A stretch of 64,000 nucleotides of DNA from Podospora anserina. Taxonomy: Eukaryota. The notes beneath the pieces are model-generated. The model was not told the DNA's origin. It made no database searches and saw only the letters and a list, made by a program, of their open reading frames with translations. A program made the position numbers and the translations under genes. Of the stretch, positions 52,386-64,000 are shown piece by piece. Location of the stretch: contig CM030335.1 in the NCBI GenBank assembly GCA_017654855.1, positions 3,286,001 through 3,350,000 of the forward strand, given 5' to 3'. Numbering within the stretch: the stretch's first letter is position 1; every line of letters starts with the position of its first letter.

Positions 52386-53068
52386 TTACCACATCACACT
52401 ATCACGCTCCCCCAATCCGCCGGTCCCATATGCTTGGTTGAACATCAGCAAACATGTCCCGGTCAAACTTTTGCCTGATTCTCTCAATCATTGAATGAGA
52501 AACACTGGTAGTGTCTGTCACGAATATTCATCATCAGCACCAGCATAAAAACATAAGATTACCAGCCGGCCAGGAAAAGAGCGAACTTACCTTCCAAGAC
52601 CGTCAACGCCTCCTCGTAGTAAAACTGCAAGACTTTGTCCTCCTCTTGGTGGCATGGCACCTCGCCTTAAACAAATTCATCATGACTGGAACGCTGGCGT
52701 CTGGACCTAAAGCCTCCTCATGCGCCTCGATCCACAAATGGACTTGTTGATGGGCGGTTTCTCGCAGTCGGGTGCGCAGGTCCCTGAGTTCCAGCTCCTC
52801 AGTCGGGAGATTGGATGGTAAGGATTGCACTACGTCGTTGAGACTGTCAGCAAGAAGATTCGTGTCGGAATGGTCATCGATGAGGTAGTAAAAGCTTACG
52901 GTCCCGGAATGTCGCTATCCCCCGCTTCAGGTTGATCTGCTGCTGTTGGTTCTCAGGATCTCGAACTCGATGGCGGAGGAGTTGCGCAAAGTTATTGGTG
53001 GGACTGAGATTCAGGTCTCGACGATCCAGCTCACCTCCGTTGGAGGTGCCATTCATTTGAGGGGACAT
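52386..53068 (-). pseudogene. Orphan family member D, with a probable 1-nt frameshift near 52645-52650
   Basis: Introns 52899-52830 and 52590-52515; ...RDLQSLPSNLP.../DKVLQFYYEEALTVLEDTTSVSHSMIERIRQKFDRDMF; homologous to E. Confidence 0.6.
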
Positions 53069-53397
53069 CTTCGCCAGGGGCTTGTTTTCTCGGAAGATGG
53101 TTTGTGAAAGTCTATCGATGTGGAGGGTTTAGACTGTCCAAGGATGCTGCGTTTTCTAGGTAGGTTGCGTAGAACAGTGTACAGAGTAGAGAAACTTCAA
53201 AGTGCTAGGTATTGTGTGCTAAGGTACCTATCTGACTCGTGGCTGTCCCAATGGACCGGCAGCATCTACGCCTGGAAGCCCTCCGCGTGACTTATGACCC
53301 AAGCACATCACATTCAAATCAATAATCATCAGTCACTTAAGGCACGAGTTGAATCTTGATCACATGCAAAGGTTGGATTTGGATTTGAGCATGTCTG

Positions 53398-54139
53398 TCA
53401 ACACAACCAAGTTACACCTGGCATGATGGATTGACTGAAAGCTGTGCTTATTTCCTCCATACGCCAACGTTGGCACTCTAGACCAAGGGTGGCTGTTTCT
53501 TCCGGACCCAACGTGCCGTAGATCTCCAATCCAAGAAACTCTCTCTCCCAAGCCTTTTGGAATTCCTTAATCTGGTGCTCTTCCACATTTTCCAGCTCTA
53601 AAGAGTAAAATCACATGTTAGCATTGCTGGACGGCTGCACAGGCATATGAAAGGTGACAGGCTCTGTTCAACTTACGCGCAATCACAACATACGCCAGTT
53701 CATAGTAAACTTGTAGAACTACGTTGCCATTCCTGGCAGCGTTGCAGCGATCCTTGGCAAGGTCCAAAACGACACGGCGACGGAGTTCGAGCCCTGAATA
53801 GTGAGGTAGATACATCTTGACGCGTAGGCGTACGTCGAAGAGCGCGATTGCGTACATCTTGGTATTCATGGAACTGAGACTTTCTGGTGAACGTGGGAGC
53901 GTGGGTGGGAGTGACTTGACTTCAACACGGATCATTAGCGGTCTCTCGTTTTGTGATCGCATTCAACGTTCTGAGGGCGGTGGAAGGACCTTACTCATAT
54001 CTAGGATTCTCAAACTTTCTTGGTCATACTCCGCTTGTTGGTTCTTGCCCTCTGGTTCATTGTCTTGGTGAGCGCCCTCTTAGGCTGCCTCAGTGTTTTG
54101 GATCAGGGTGGCTAATAAGATGGGACAGTCTTATACCAT
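53398..54139 (-). pseudogene. Orphan family member E, with two RIP-type TAA stops in exon 1
   Basis: ATG 54139; TAA at codons 3 and 20; introns 53994-53920 and 53676-53598; ...DMIKSLPPTLP...VLQVYYELAYVVIAQLENVEEHQIKEFQKAWEREF. Confidence 0.65.
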
Positions 54140-55586
54140 GTTGTAAGATAGGACCGTGGGATGAGCCAAAATTGCCTTATTTTTGCGTAAAATAGATTAA
54201 AGTTAACGCCCGTTTTATCTTACGTTTTATAATATATTATATAAACCCTTTTAAACTTCTAAAAAACTAATAACGTGCATGATAAGCGAGCCGAACAGAT
54301 AAGCGAGCCGAACAGATAAGCGAGCCGAACAGATAAGCGAGCCGAACACTTTCCACCACCCCACTATAACTATCTTTAATTACACAACCATAATACTAGG
54401 AAACTATAATAATTGAACCAGAAACAGATGAATTAGATGATTCTGCAGCCTCCTTACAGGTGCGTGCATTATGGCCTGGCTTACCGTACACGCTACAGCA
54501 CTGAATCTTCGGACGAGACCCCCTTACACTACTATTACTTTATCGATCTTCTTAGATTACTTGCTTACTTATAGCCTTTTAATCTAGTAAATCCTGTACC
54601 TCTTATATAGTAAGTAGCCCTTTAAGCCGCATACGTATTTTTTTAGCTTTCCGGCGTTTATTTAGTACCTCGTGAATTTTACAGAGTATAGTATTTTTTA
54701 TACGAAGGAAAGTTATTTAATATATTATAATTATTATACTTTTAGTAAATCGATTTATAATAATTAATATTAAAATCGGGAAATTATTTTAATAATTAAT
54801 AATATAAATTTTAATAAATATTAATTATAAATTAATTTTTCGAAATTTATATAGTATTTAAAAGACTTAAAATTATATAATACCGGGCCGTAAATTTAAA
54901 GGTATTAACCTATAAAACTTTATATTTAATTTAAAAAATATTTTTTTTAAATTATACGGTATAAAGTTAATATATATAAAGCTATTTTATATATTTTTCT
55001 TTATTATAAAAATAAAAAAAATTTTACGGAAAATATAAAGGAACTTAAATTTACTTATATAATTAATATATATATATATTAAATTTTCGATTTAATAATT
55101 CTAAATTTATTTTAATAGTTTAAAGTAATTAATATTAAATAATTAAAAGAAATAAAAGGAATATAGAAATATATAAAGTATAATAATATTATTTTATTAA
55201 TAATAATATTTAAATTTAATTAAGTAATAACTTTTATAATTATTAAAGATTAATAACCGGTATTTACTTTTTATATAAAACGTTATATAATAATCGAAAT
55301 ACTTAATTTAATTTAGATTTACCGTATTAATAATTTAATTATTATTAATAATTATAATATATTAAATAAATATTAAATTATATTTAATATATTAATTAAT
55401 AAAATAATATTATACGGTTAAAATAATAAAAGGAAAAATAATTTAGCCGAAAATATTAATTTTTTAAATTATTATTATTTATTTATAATTATTAAACTAA
55501 ATTAATTTTACTTTATTACGGTTATTAAAAATTATAATTATTATACCCGTAAAAATAATATTTATTATAAATTTAATTTCGTTAAA

Positions 55587-55986
55587 TGTCACGAATATGA
55601 TGTGGACACCCGAAAGGAACAACCAATAGGAAAGAGGAGGCACGGTAGCCAATTAAAGGAAAGGAAGGTAGACTAATAAGAGGTGAATCATCCGGGACAT
55701 AAAGGAATTATAAGTAATTCCTAGGAATCACTTATAATCCTTAAGAATCAATCATAATCCGAAGAGTAATAGAATAATCTAGGTCTTAGCATTAAGTCTA
55801 TATATACGGAGGAACTAAATAGCTTATAAATAGTTCCGTAATATATAATTATAGCTTATATTTACGGTATTTTATATTTATATTAAAATATTTTATTATA
55901 TATTATTTAATTATACCGAATTAATTATTAGAAGAAACCTTTAACCGAATATCCCTTTCAAAGGTTCTATATAGGGGTTCGTCACA
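55587..55986 (+). repeat. 5' LTR
   Basis: TGTCACGAAT...GGGGTTCGTCACA; aligns to 62550-62949 with mainly C>T/G>A transitions. Confidence 0.95.
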
Positions 55987-58900
55987 CGTTATATACTTAC
56001 TTCAACTCTATTATCGAATAAATTAAAGGCGTTAAGTTAAACACTATAGCCGGAAATACCTAACTTACCATTAACCAACTCCTTACTCGTATCCAGGAGC
56101 TCGAGGATAAGTTACGCCTTTCCCATAATACCCTCACGTAAAAGAACGCTATACTCTACTAAGAGATCGGCACTATACGTAAAGAAGGAGAGCGTACTAA
56201 ACTCGAGGCTCCCGACCGCTACGGAGGAACTAAAGGAAAGTTAGGAGGATTTTTAATTTAGTTTAAAGTATACTTTCGGTACTACCCTTCTTATTTCCCG
56301 AACGAAAAGTCTAAAGTAGTGTACGCTACGTCTAGGCTTAAGGACAAAGTACTTACTTAGTTCGAGCCTATTTTAGGAGACTATTTCGATAATAAGTACG
56401 ACGAAAGGGAGGATATTACTAAAAAGTATTTTAAATTATATAAAGGCTTTAAGGAAAAAATTAAAGAGGTATTTAGAAAGTACGATAAAAGTAAACGTAC
56501 CTAGGAATAACTAATTAACCTTAAATAAACCAAATTTATTACCGACTATACTATAGTATTTAAAACGAATATACTCCGTAATAAGATTAACGATAAAAGA
56601 TTAATATAATTATTTTACAACGGGTTTAAAGAAAAAATTAAAGATAAGTTATACCGATAGGAGCGACCGGAGACTATCGACGAGTATATCGTAATAGCGG
56701 TCCGCATCGACGACCGGCAATATTAGCGCCGCAAAGAGCGTAAGGGCATACGCGTATAAAGACCTTACCGCCCTAATAATAAAAAAAAGAAAAGACTTTA
56801 TAGGACTCACGTCTTAGAAACTACTTACGTAAAACCTATAGAGGTAAACGCGGTCCAGAAGCGGTTTAAAGGGAAGAACGACGTTAAGTACTTTAATTAC
56901 GGGAAAATAAATTATTTTAAGAGAGACTATCGGGCACCTAAGTAGCTTAGTTAGAAGGAGAAAGAGACGGCGGTAGTCGCTAAAGCAATATAGGTTATCG
57001 AGATTTCTAACGCTAAATACGTCTATAAAGATTTTCGGGACTCGGCGGACGACTATACTAATAACGACTATAAGTACGAATCTCGGGAAGGAGAATTAAT
57101 AATCGATTCCGAGGGGGAAGACCGTATTATAGGATAAAAACTACCGGTCTAAGGAACTATAAGGCTAGAGGAAAGTACGACTTTAAGACCCTTTAAAGAA
57201 ACTTTACGATAATTAGGACGGATCTTCGCCGCAAGTATAACCACTATTCTAAACCTAGCCGTATAATAGGCAAAGGAGTAAGTTTAAAGGCTCGAAGAAA
57301 AGTTTAATTTATTCCGGGACGAATACCGGCGGGTAAATATATAGTTCTAAGAATTATAAAAGTAAATAACGTAAACGGCTATTATAGTAATTAAATAACT
57401 TAATCCAACATTATATTATAAAATTATACGGTAAATTATCCTAAAAATTAAATTTAAGCGGCACCGTAATAAATTAGTATAGCTAATACATAAAGTAAGT
57501 AAATTTAGGTTTAAAGAACCTAAGTAAAAGGAATTTTAAAAAAATAAAAAAGTTATTAATATAGAACTTTCTTAAATATTTAAATAAATACCCTATTATA
57601 AGTAGTATAAACTATATATTAAAAATATAGCGTAATTATACCTTAAATATTTAGAGTATAAGAAGATACCTTAGTTTTAATATATTATATATAATTATAT
57701 AGAGTATTACTAGGGAAAGGCTCTCTAAAAATATTAATTAATAAAATAAAAAGGAAAGTACGGACTTTTTAAACCTATTACGAGGACTATAGTTAAATAA
57801 AGTTAATTATAAAAAAAATTAAATAATTACTTCCTATAAAAGTAAAGAAACTTAATTAAACTAAAAGAGGGACTCTAGGTTATATAGTTTACGTTTAAGC
57901 ACGCGAGATACTACTTCGAGTAAGTAATAGGCTAAGGAAAAGAGTCGGCTAAAAAAAAAGAATATAGTTTAGCGTAATATAAGAGCCCGAATTATACTCT
58001 TTACTTATAAGTAAAGGCGTAGAAGTACTACGAGGCTAGTGCTAAGGGATATAAAGTACGTAATAAAAAGAGGGCTCGGAATAGTTTTAGGAACGAAAAG
58101 TAAAAAAAAGCTTAACGATAATAATTAACCGATTTCGAGCTACTAAATAGTTCGATAAAGAAGGACGCTCTAAAGGTATAACAATAGTCGGAAAAAGGGC
58201 TACGGCCTTTCGCGGAAGCCGTAAACCTCTAAAGGACTACGAGCTATATATTAGTAAAGTCGCTATTACGTAAAGGAAAGGTATAAAAAATAAAAGGTTA
58301 CGAATAGCGGTGCGTTAAAAGGGGTTTTAAACGTAAATATTTATAAATAGCGGAGTAAAAGCGGACTTAATTTTATTAAGATTTATATAATAAACCCGAA
58401 TTCCGTAAAAAAAAAAAAAAAAAAAAATTATTATAAAAGGACCTTTCCTTATTTAGTTAGTAAATAGAGAGACGTTATTATTAAATATTATAGTATTAAG
58501 AAAAATAATGAAAGTAATTTTCGATATCGTAAATATAGGGCTAAAGAAAAATATAATTTTAGGGTAACTATAGTACAAGGATTATAACCTAAATATCGAT
58601 TAAAAGGATAGTAATTACTTACGACCGAGAGTATACTAGAAGTATCTAACTAACGATAGGAGATTAGGGGCACGGTAGGAGTAGAGTGCGGGATAAATAC
58701 CCTCCACGGTATTACCGTAAGAGATACGAGAAATATTAATATACTTAATCGATATAAATAGTAAAATCGAAAAAATAAGGTTAGTAAAAATAATTATATT
58801 AATAAAAATTATAGTAATAATAAAAGATAAATACGTTTATTATAATAATTTAAAGAAAAGTAAAAAGAAAGAGGTACTAATAGAATACCGGGGGTATCCG

Positions 58901-61900
58901 GTATTTATAGTAAAATACTTTTAGAGTTTATTAAAGAGGGGACTATAAGACTATAAAATTAAGCTTAAAGAAAGAACTAAACTTAAATTCTTTTAGGTCT
59001 ATTATATTAACGATAAGTAAAGTAAGGAGTTACGGAAGTATTTAAACGAAAATATTAAAAAAGGATATATTAAAGTATCTATATCGCCGGCTAAATATCC
59101 TATTTTCTTCGTGCTAAAGAAGGACGGGAATCTACGATTATATATAAATTATTAATAATTAAATTAAGAAATAATAAAGAACGGTTACTTATTATTATTA
59201 ATTTCGCAGCTACGGAATTAACTATTAAGGGTATAATAGTTTACTAGATTTAATATACTAATTAAATATATATATATACGAATTAAAGAAAGAAACGAAT
59301 AAAAAATAGCTTTTCGTACGCTTTACAGGCATTTTAAGTACTTCGTTATACCGTTTAAGCTTACTAATATACTAATAACTTTCTAGGCCTTCGTTAATTA
59401 TATAATTCATTAATATTTCGATAAAATAATAATTTATTACTTTAATAATATTCTTATTTATTTACGTACTTTAAAGGAATATAAATAATATATTAAAAAG
59501 ATTTTAGACGCGCTATATAGAGCCGGACTATCGGTTAATAAGGATAAAAGCGAGTTTTATATATAAGAAACGGTTTACCTAAAGTATTTAATTTCGTTAA
59601 AAGAAATACGAATAAAGTTAAGGAAAATCGCGGTAATTAAAGACTAACCGAAATTATAAATAAAAACGGCTAAATAACTAAAGATTAGGGTTCGAAAGTT
59701 TCTAGGATTTACGAATTTTTATTAAATATTTATACGGAACTACGGTACTATAGTAAAACTATTAAACGATTTAACTAAAAAGGACGCCGAGTTTAAATAA
59801 AGAGAAAAATAGGAGTAAGCTTTCTAGGCTATTAAAAATATTATTACGGCGGACCTAATACTTAAATTTCCCGACTTAAACCGACCTTTCGAGGTTAAAA
59901 TAAATACCTCCGACTACGCTATCGGAGGGTAGTTAGGATAACGAAACGAAAATAAAAAACTATACTTAATAATATTCTTTTTAAAAAAATTAAAGGAACT
60001 ACGTAAAAACTATCCTATCTATAATAAAAAGCTATTTATTATTATTAAGGCCTTTAAAGAGTAGAGACTATACTTTAACGGTACTAATTACGAGGTATAG
60101 GTTTATATAGATTATAAAAATTTAAAGTATTTTACTATTATTAAGGTCCTTAACGCTAAGTAAGGCAGGTAGTTAGAATTCCTATTAGAATTTAACTTTT
60201 AGATCCATTATAAAAAGGGATCCGAAAACGCGAGAGTAAACGCTTTAAGTAAAAGAGCGGACCACTACGAGGAAAAGGTAACGGGGGAGTTACTACCTTT
60301 ATTATAGGAAATAATAGAAGGTACGTTAAAGCACTTACTTTAATAATAGGCTAAGTATTACGTAATATACCGAGAGGAATCTATTATTTATAAATATTAA
60401 AGTAATATTGGTAATAATAATTAAAAATAATAAACTAAAATAAAACTATTAGGGATTTAAAAAGATAACCGTTATTAATTTTAGTATAATAATAGGGTTT
60501 ACGTCGACCTAAAATAATAAAGGATATTAATTTAAGAAATTTATAAATTAAAGTTCGGAGGATATATAAGAGTAGCTAAAATTATAAAAAAGATTAAATA
60601 ATATTTTAATTAATTAAAATTAAAGAAAGATAAAAAAGAAACGTTATAGGAATATAACCTCTATAGGAGAACGAAAGTAAAAAAGTATAAACTATATAGG
60701 TTTTTAAAGCTATTACTAGTAATAAAGTAACTATAGAGTTCGGTAATAATAAATTTTATTATTAAACTATTAAAATCTAAAGACTTAATTACGGGCGTTA
60801 AATATAATAATATTTTAATAGTAATCGATAAACTTATTAAATAAATATATTTCCTACCCTATAAAAAAACTTAAATAGCGGAATAATTAGCGGATATAGT
60901 ATTTTGAAACGTTATAGCGATATATATATAGCTAAAGAAGTTTATTATAGATCGCGATACTAAATTTATATTAAAATTTTAGAAGGCTCTAATGGAGTAA
61001 GTAAAAGTAAAAAGTAAAGCGTCGTTAGTATATTACCTATAAACGGACGGCTAGACGGAAAGGCTTAACTAAATTATTAAATAATACCTTCGAAACTATA
61101 TTAATTTCGAATAAAATAATTAAATTAAATTTTTATTAATAGTATAACTCGCGTATAATATAATACTTACGGAAATAATAAGAGTTATACTATTTTTCGC
61201 GAATTATAAATTCGAAGCGGATTTACGGTAAGGACTAGAGGCAAGAGTACCTAGGGCGGTAGCGAAGGTAAGGAAGCTATATATACTATACGCTAAACTT
61301 AAGGAAAAACTCGAGTTCGTTCGGGAACGTATACGTAAATACTATAACGTTAAACGGCTCGAAGGACCTTACTTAAAGAAAGAAAATAAAGTATTTTTTT
61401 TAATACGGAATTTATATATAAAACAACTAAATAAAAAACTAAACTATAGGAAAGTAAAACCTTTTATAATTAAAAAAAAAATATTAAAAACGGCTTTTAA
61501 GTTTAAACTATTAAATATTATACGGTTATAATTAAATACCTTCTATATTTTACTTTTAAAACCGGTACTATAGAATACTAATCCTAATATATAAATAGAA
61601 GCCGAGGATAAAGAAAAAAAGTATAATATAAAAAAAGTATTAGATTCGCGCATTAATAAAGGACAATTAAAGTACTTAATTAACTAACTAAATTACCTAA
61701 ATATAAATAACTCGTAGGAACTAATTACGAATTTTAACTATCCTAAAAAATTAAAGGAGTTCCATCGGAGGAACCCTAGACGGCTAAAGGCAGGGAATAC
61801 CGCGGAAAACCGGCTAGCGGGGCTAGAGGGAAACCGGGAAGGGCGTAAGGGTCTAGGTCGCCCATAGGATTAATACCCGCACTAGCGGAATCCTAGATTA

Positions 61901-62549
61901 ATTAATCTGGGGGAATAGAAGACTAGTCGAAGGACGAGTCGGGGGCAGGAAAGGTAGCTTTATTAGCGATCTCCTAGCGCTCTAATTCTTCTAGCTCCTC
62001 TACGGTATTAAGACTCCGAAATATAATTCGTAATATTTTCTCGAGCTATATTTTCTTTTATTTTCGTAGGCGCCGAACTTTCTCGTTCGTAACTTCGGCC
62101 TTAACCTTAATTTATTCTCGAATATAACGGGTATTTTTAGCGGTAGCCTTAGCTTACGTTTCCGCTAACTCGAACTCCGCCTCTATAGCGTTGTATTAAA
62201 AAATAATGTAGGATAACTAGCGAGGAGTAATCCCAAGGACGTCGTAGCGCGAGAGACCGCGACGAACGTACTTTAAATAACGAAAGGATTCGGTGGGCGA
62301 TACGATGCAAAAGAGGTTACGGGTAACGTATGCGGAATAAGGAGTTAGTATTATAAAGGAGCGACGTAGGATTTTCGTTATAAGATCGAGACGGGTTAAC
62401 GTCGGTAAGCGTTTAGATTTATTTACGCGATTAGATATTATAGTAGTAGAGAAAGATAAAGAAGAGGACTTATAAGTAAATAAAGTTAGTTATTAGTAAA
62501 AGGTTTTAAATAGAGTCGCCGAGACGTCGACCTGGGAGGGGAGGTATTG

Positions 62550-62949
62550 TATTACGAATATAATATGGATACCCGAAAGGAATAACTAATAGGAAAGAGG
62601 AGGTACGGTAGCCAATTAGAGGAAAGGAGGGTAGACTAATAAGAGGTAGATTATCCGGGATATAAAAGAATTATAAGTGATTCCTAGAAATTATTTATAA
62701 TCCTTAAGAATTAATTATAATCCGAGGAGTAATAGAATAATCTAGGTCTTGGTATTAGGTCTATATATACGGAGGAACTAGATAGCTTATAGATAGTTCC
62801 GCAGTATACAATCACAGCTTGTATTTACGGTATCTTATATTTACATTGAGATATCTTGTTGTGCACTGTTTAGCTGCACCGAACCAATTGTTAGAAGAAG
62901 CCTTTAACCGAGTATCCCTTTTAGAGGTTCTGTATAGGGGTTCGTCACA
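62550..62949 (+). repeat. 3' LTR
   Basis: TATTACGAAT (RIP form of TGTCACGAAT)...GGGGTTCGTCACA, just downstream of the polypurine tract. Confidence 0.95.
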
Positions 62950-64000
62950 TTAAAGTTATAAATATTATTATTTATAATATTATATTTAACTTTAATATTT
63001 TATATAAATGCAAATTACTCGTTAATAACTTTTAAATCCTTATATTTAACCCTTTAATAATTATATTTATATATAAAACGCGTCCGAAATTTTAATTAAC
63101 GTTTAACGAAATTATAAGCCTATCGTACGCTAATAGGAAGCACGTTACCTTCGCATAATAATCGATTAACTATATCTTTTATATATAAAAGCCGAGGATA
63201 AAATACACGTTAATATAACTTAATAATATATTAAATAATCGTTTTTTCTTCTAAATCGGTAAACTTATGTAAGTTAATTGATATATTGCGTCGTACAAGC
63301 CGGCTAGCGCGTCGGTTATAGAGAGTTATAATTAGTACGTTATAAAGCTTAACTGCGCGTTAAGAACTAAGATTTGGGTCGTTTTTGATAGCTTCGAGGG
63401 CTAAAATAATTCGAGATTCGGTTGGAAGTGAATTCATAGCGAATTGGTGGTAAAGTTGGTGAAAGAAGTCGGAGGGTTGCGCTGCGTTGGAAAGTGTTCG
63501 GCTCGCTTGTCTGTTCGGCTCGCTTATCACGCACGTTATCTGTCTGACGGGAATGAAGAAGCACAGCCGAATTCGTAAGCCCGTTTGCTTCACCAAGCCG
63601 ACGAGTCGCTCACCAGTCTGCCGTTGACCAAGGGGCACAGCATGGGCCAACAAATTGCTGTAGAAACCATACGAGGGCGGGAAAGCTGGCTGGGCTGGTG
63701 AACCGATGCCATGATGTAAAGCTAACCGGGAGTCGATGGTTTCTGCAGCAAAAGCAACGTACGTCTCGGGTCAATACTTGAAAACTGCAAACACAAGGCT
63801 CCCTGGCCTGTGCCCCGCGGTCATGATTGGAGCAAGTCCCGGCAAGTCACGGTAACTCGTGCAATGGACGCGAGCAGGCCAGCCTGATGCCACCTTAGCT
63901 CCCAGGCAGCGACGCGCGATTCCCAACATAGACGCGCCATGTCTTGGTAAAGAGCCAAACCATTGTCAGCTCATCGCAGCTCGGGACAAATATCATGCCG

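Larger units (their letters stand above)
55587..62949 (+). mobile_element. Full-length Ty3/Gypsy chromovirus LTR retrotransposon, heavily RIP-mutated
   Basis: Two 400-bp LTRs, 5-bp TSD TTAAA, PPT GGGAGGGGAGG; relic gag, RT (FFVLKKDGNLRL; YFNNILIY), RNase H (TSDYAIGG), integrase (TDG*TERLN) and chromodomain in Gypsy order. Confidence 0.95.
54273..63536 (-). mobile_element. Fot1/pogo (Tc1-mariner) DNA transposon, RIP-inactivated and interrupted by an LTR element
   Basis: TA target duplication (54271-72, 63537-38); TIRs ACGTGC(A/G)TGATAAGCGAGCCGAACA...CTTTCCA; transposase start MNSLPTESRIILALEAIK at 63437; C-terminal zinc-knuckle relic CSVYGKPGHNARTC near 54500-54455; TpA-rich body. Confidence 0.92.

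Noticed and set aside
54281-54348. CRISPR-like direct repeats
   Set aside because: No spacers, eukaryotic context, and they are TIR subrepeats of the transposon.
54273-63536. Assigning named Podospora TE families, or calling the AT-rich block a centromere
   Set aside because: Family names cannot be verified without a library, and the AT richness is fully explained by RIP of two bounded elements.

Overview
Intron-containing filamentous-ascomycete DNA. RIP and gene style suggest Sordariales, probably Podospora-like (inference). From 1 to 33 kb it is mostly housekeeping genes: a metallophosphoesterase, BLM10/PA200, tRNA-Val(CAC), a Ser/Thr kinase, a bZIP factor, an LYR protein, MMS2, MON2 and a stomatin-like protein. 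Two divergent copies of the same unannotated module are embedded in this region: a trypsin-like serine protease gene beside a gene for a ~370-450 aa protein with one C-terminal TM helix that resembles plant DUF247. Copy 1 (12.5-16.7 kb) is flanked by a kinase gene; in copy 2 (33.7-39.2 kb) the protease is fused to a kinase. At 39.5-54.1 kb, five small spliced orphan paralogues that the ORF track fragments surround a large atypical kinase, and four of the five carry lesions. At 54.3-63.5 kb a RIP-mutated Fot1/pogo DNA transposon contains a nested full-length Ty3/Gypsy chromovirus, and RIP has apparently leaked into the neighbouring gene. All gene models, splice sites and alignments were derived by eye; no searches were run.
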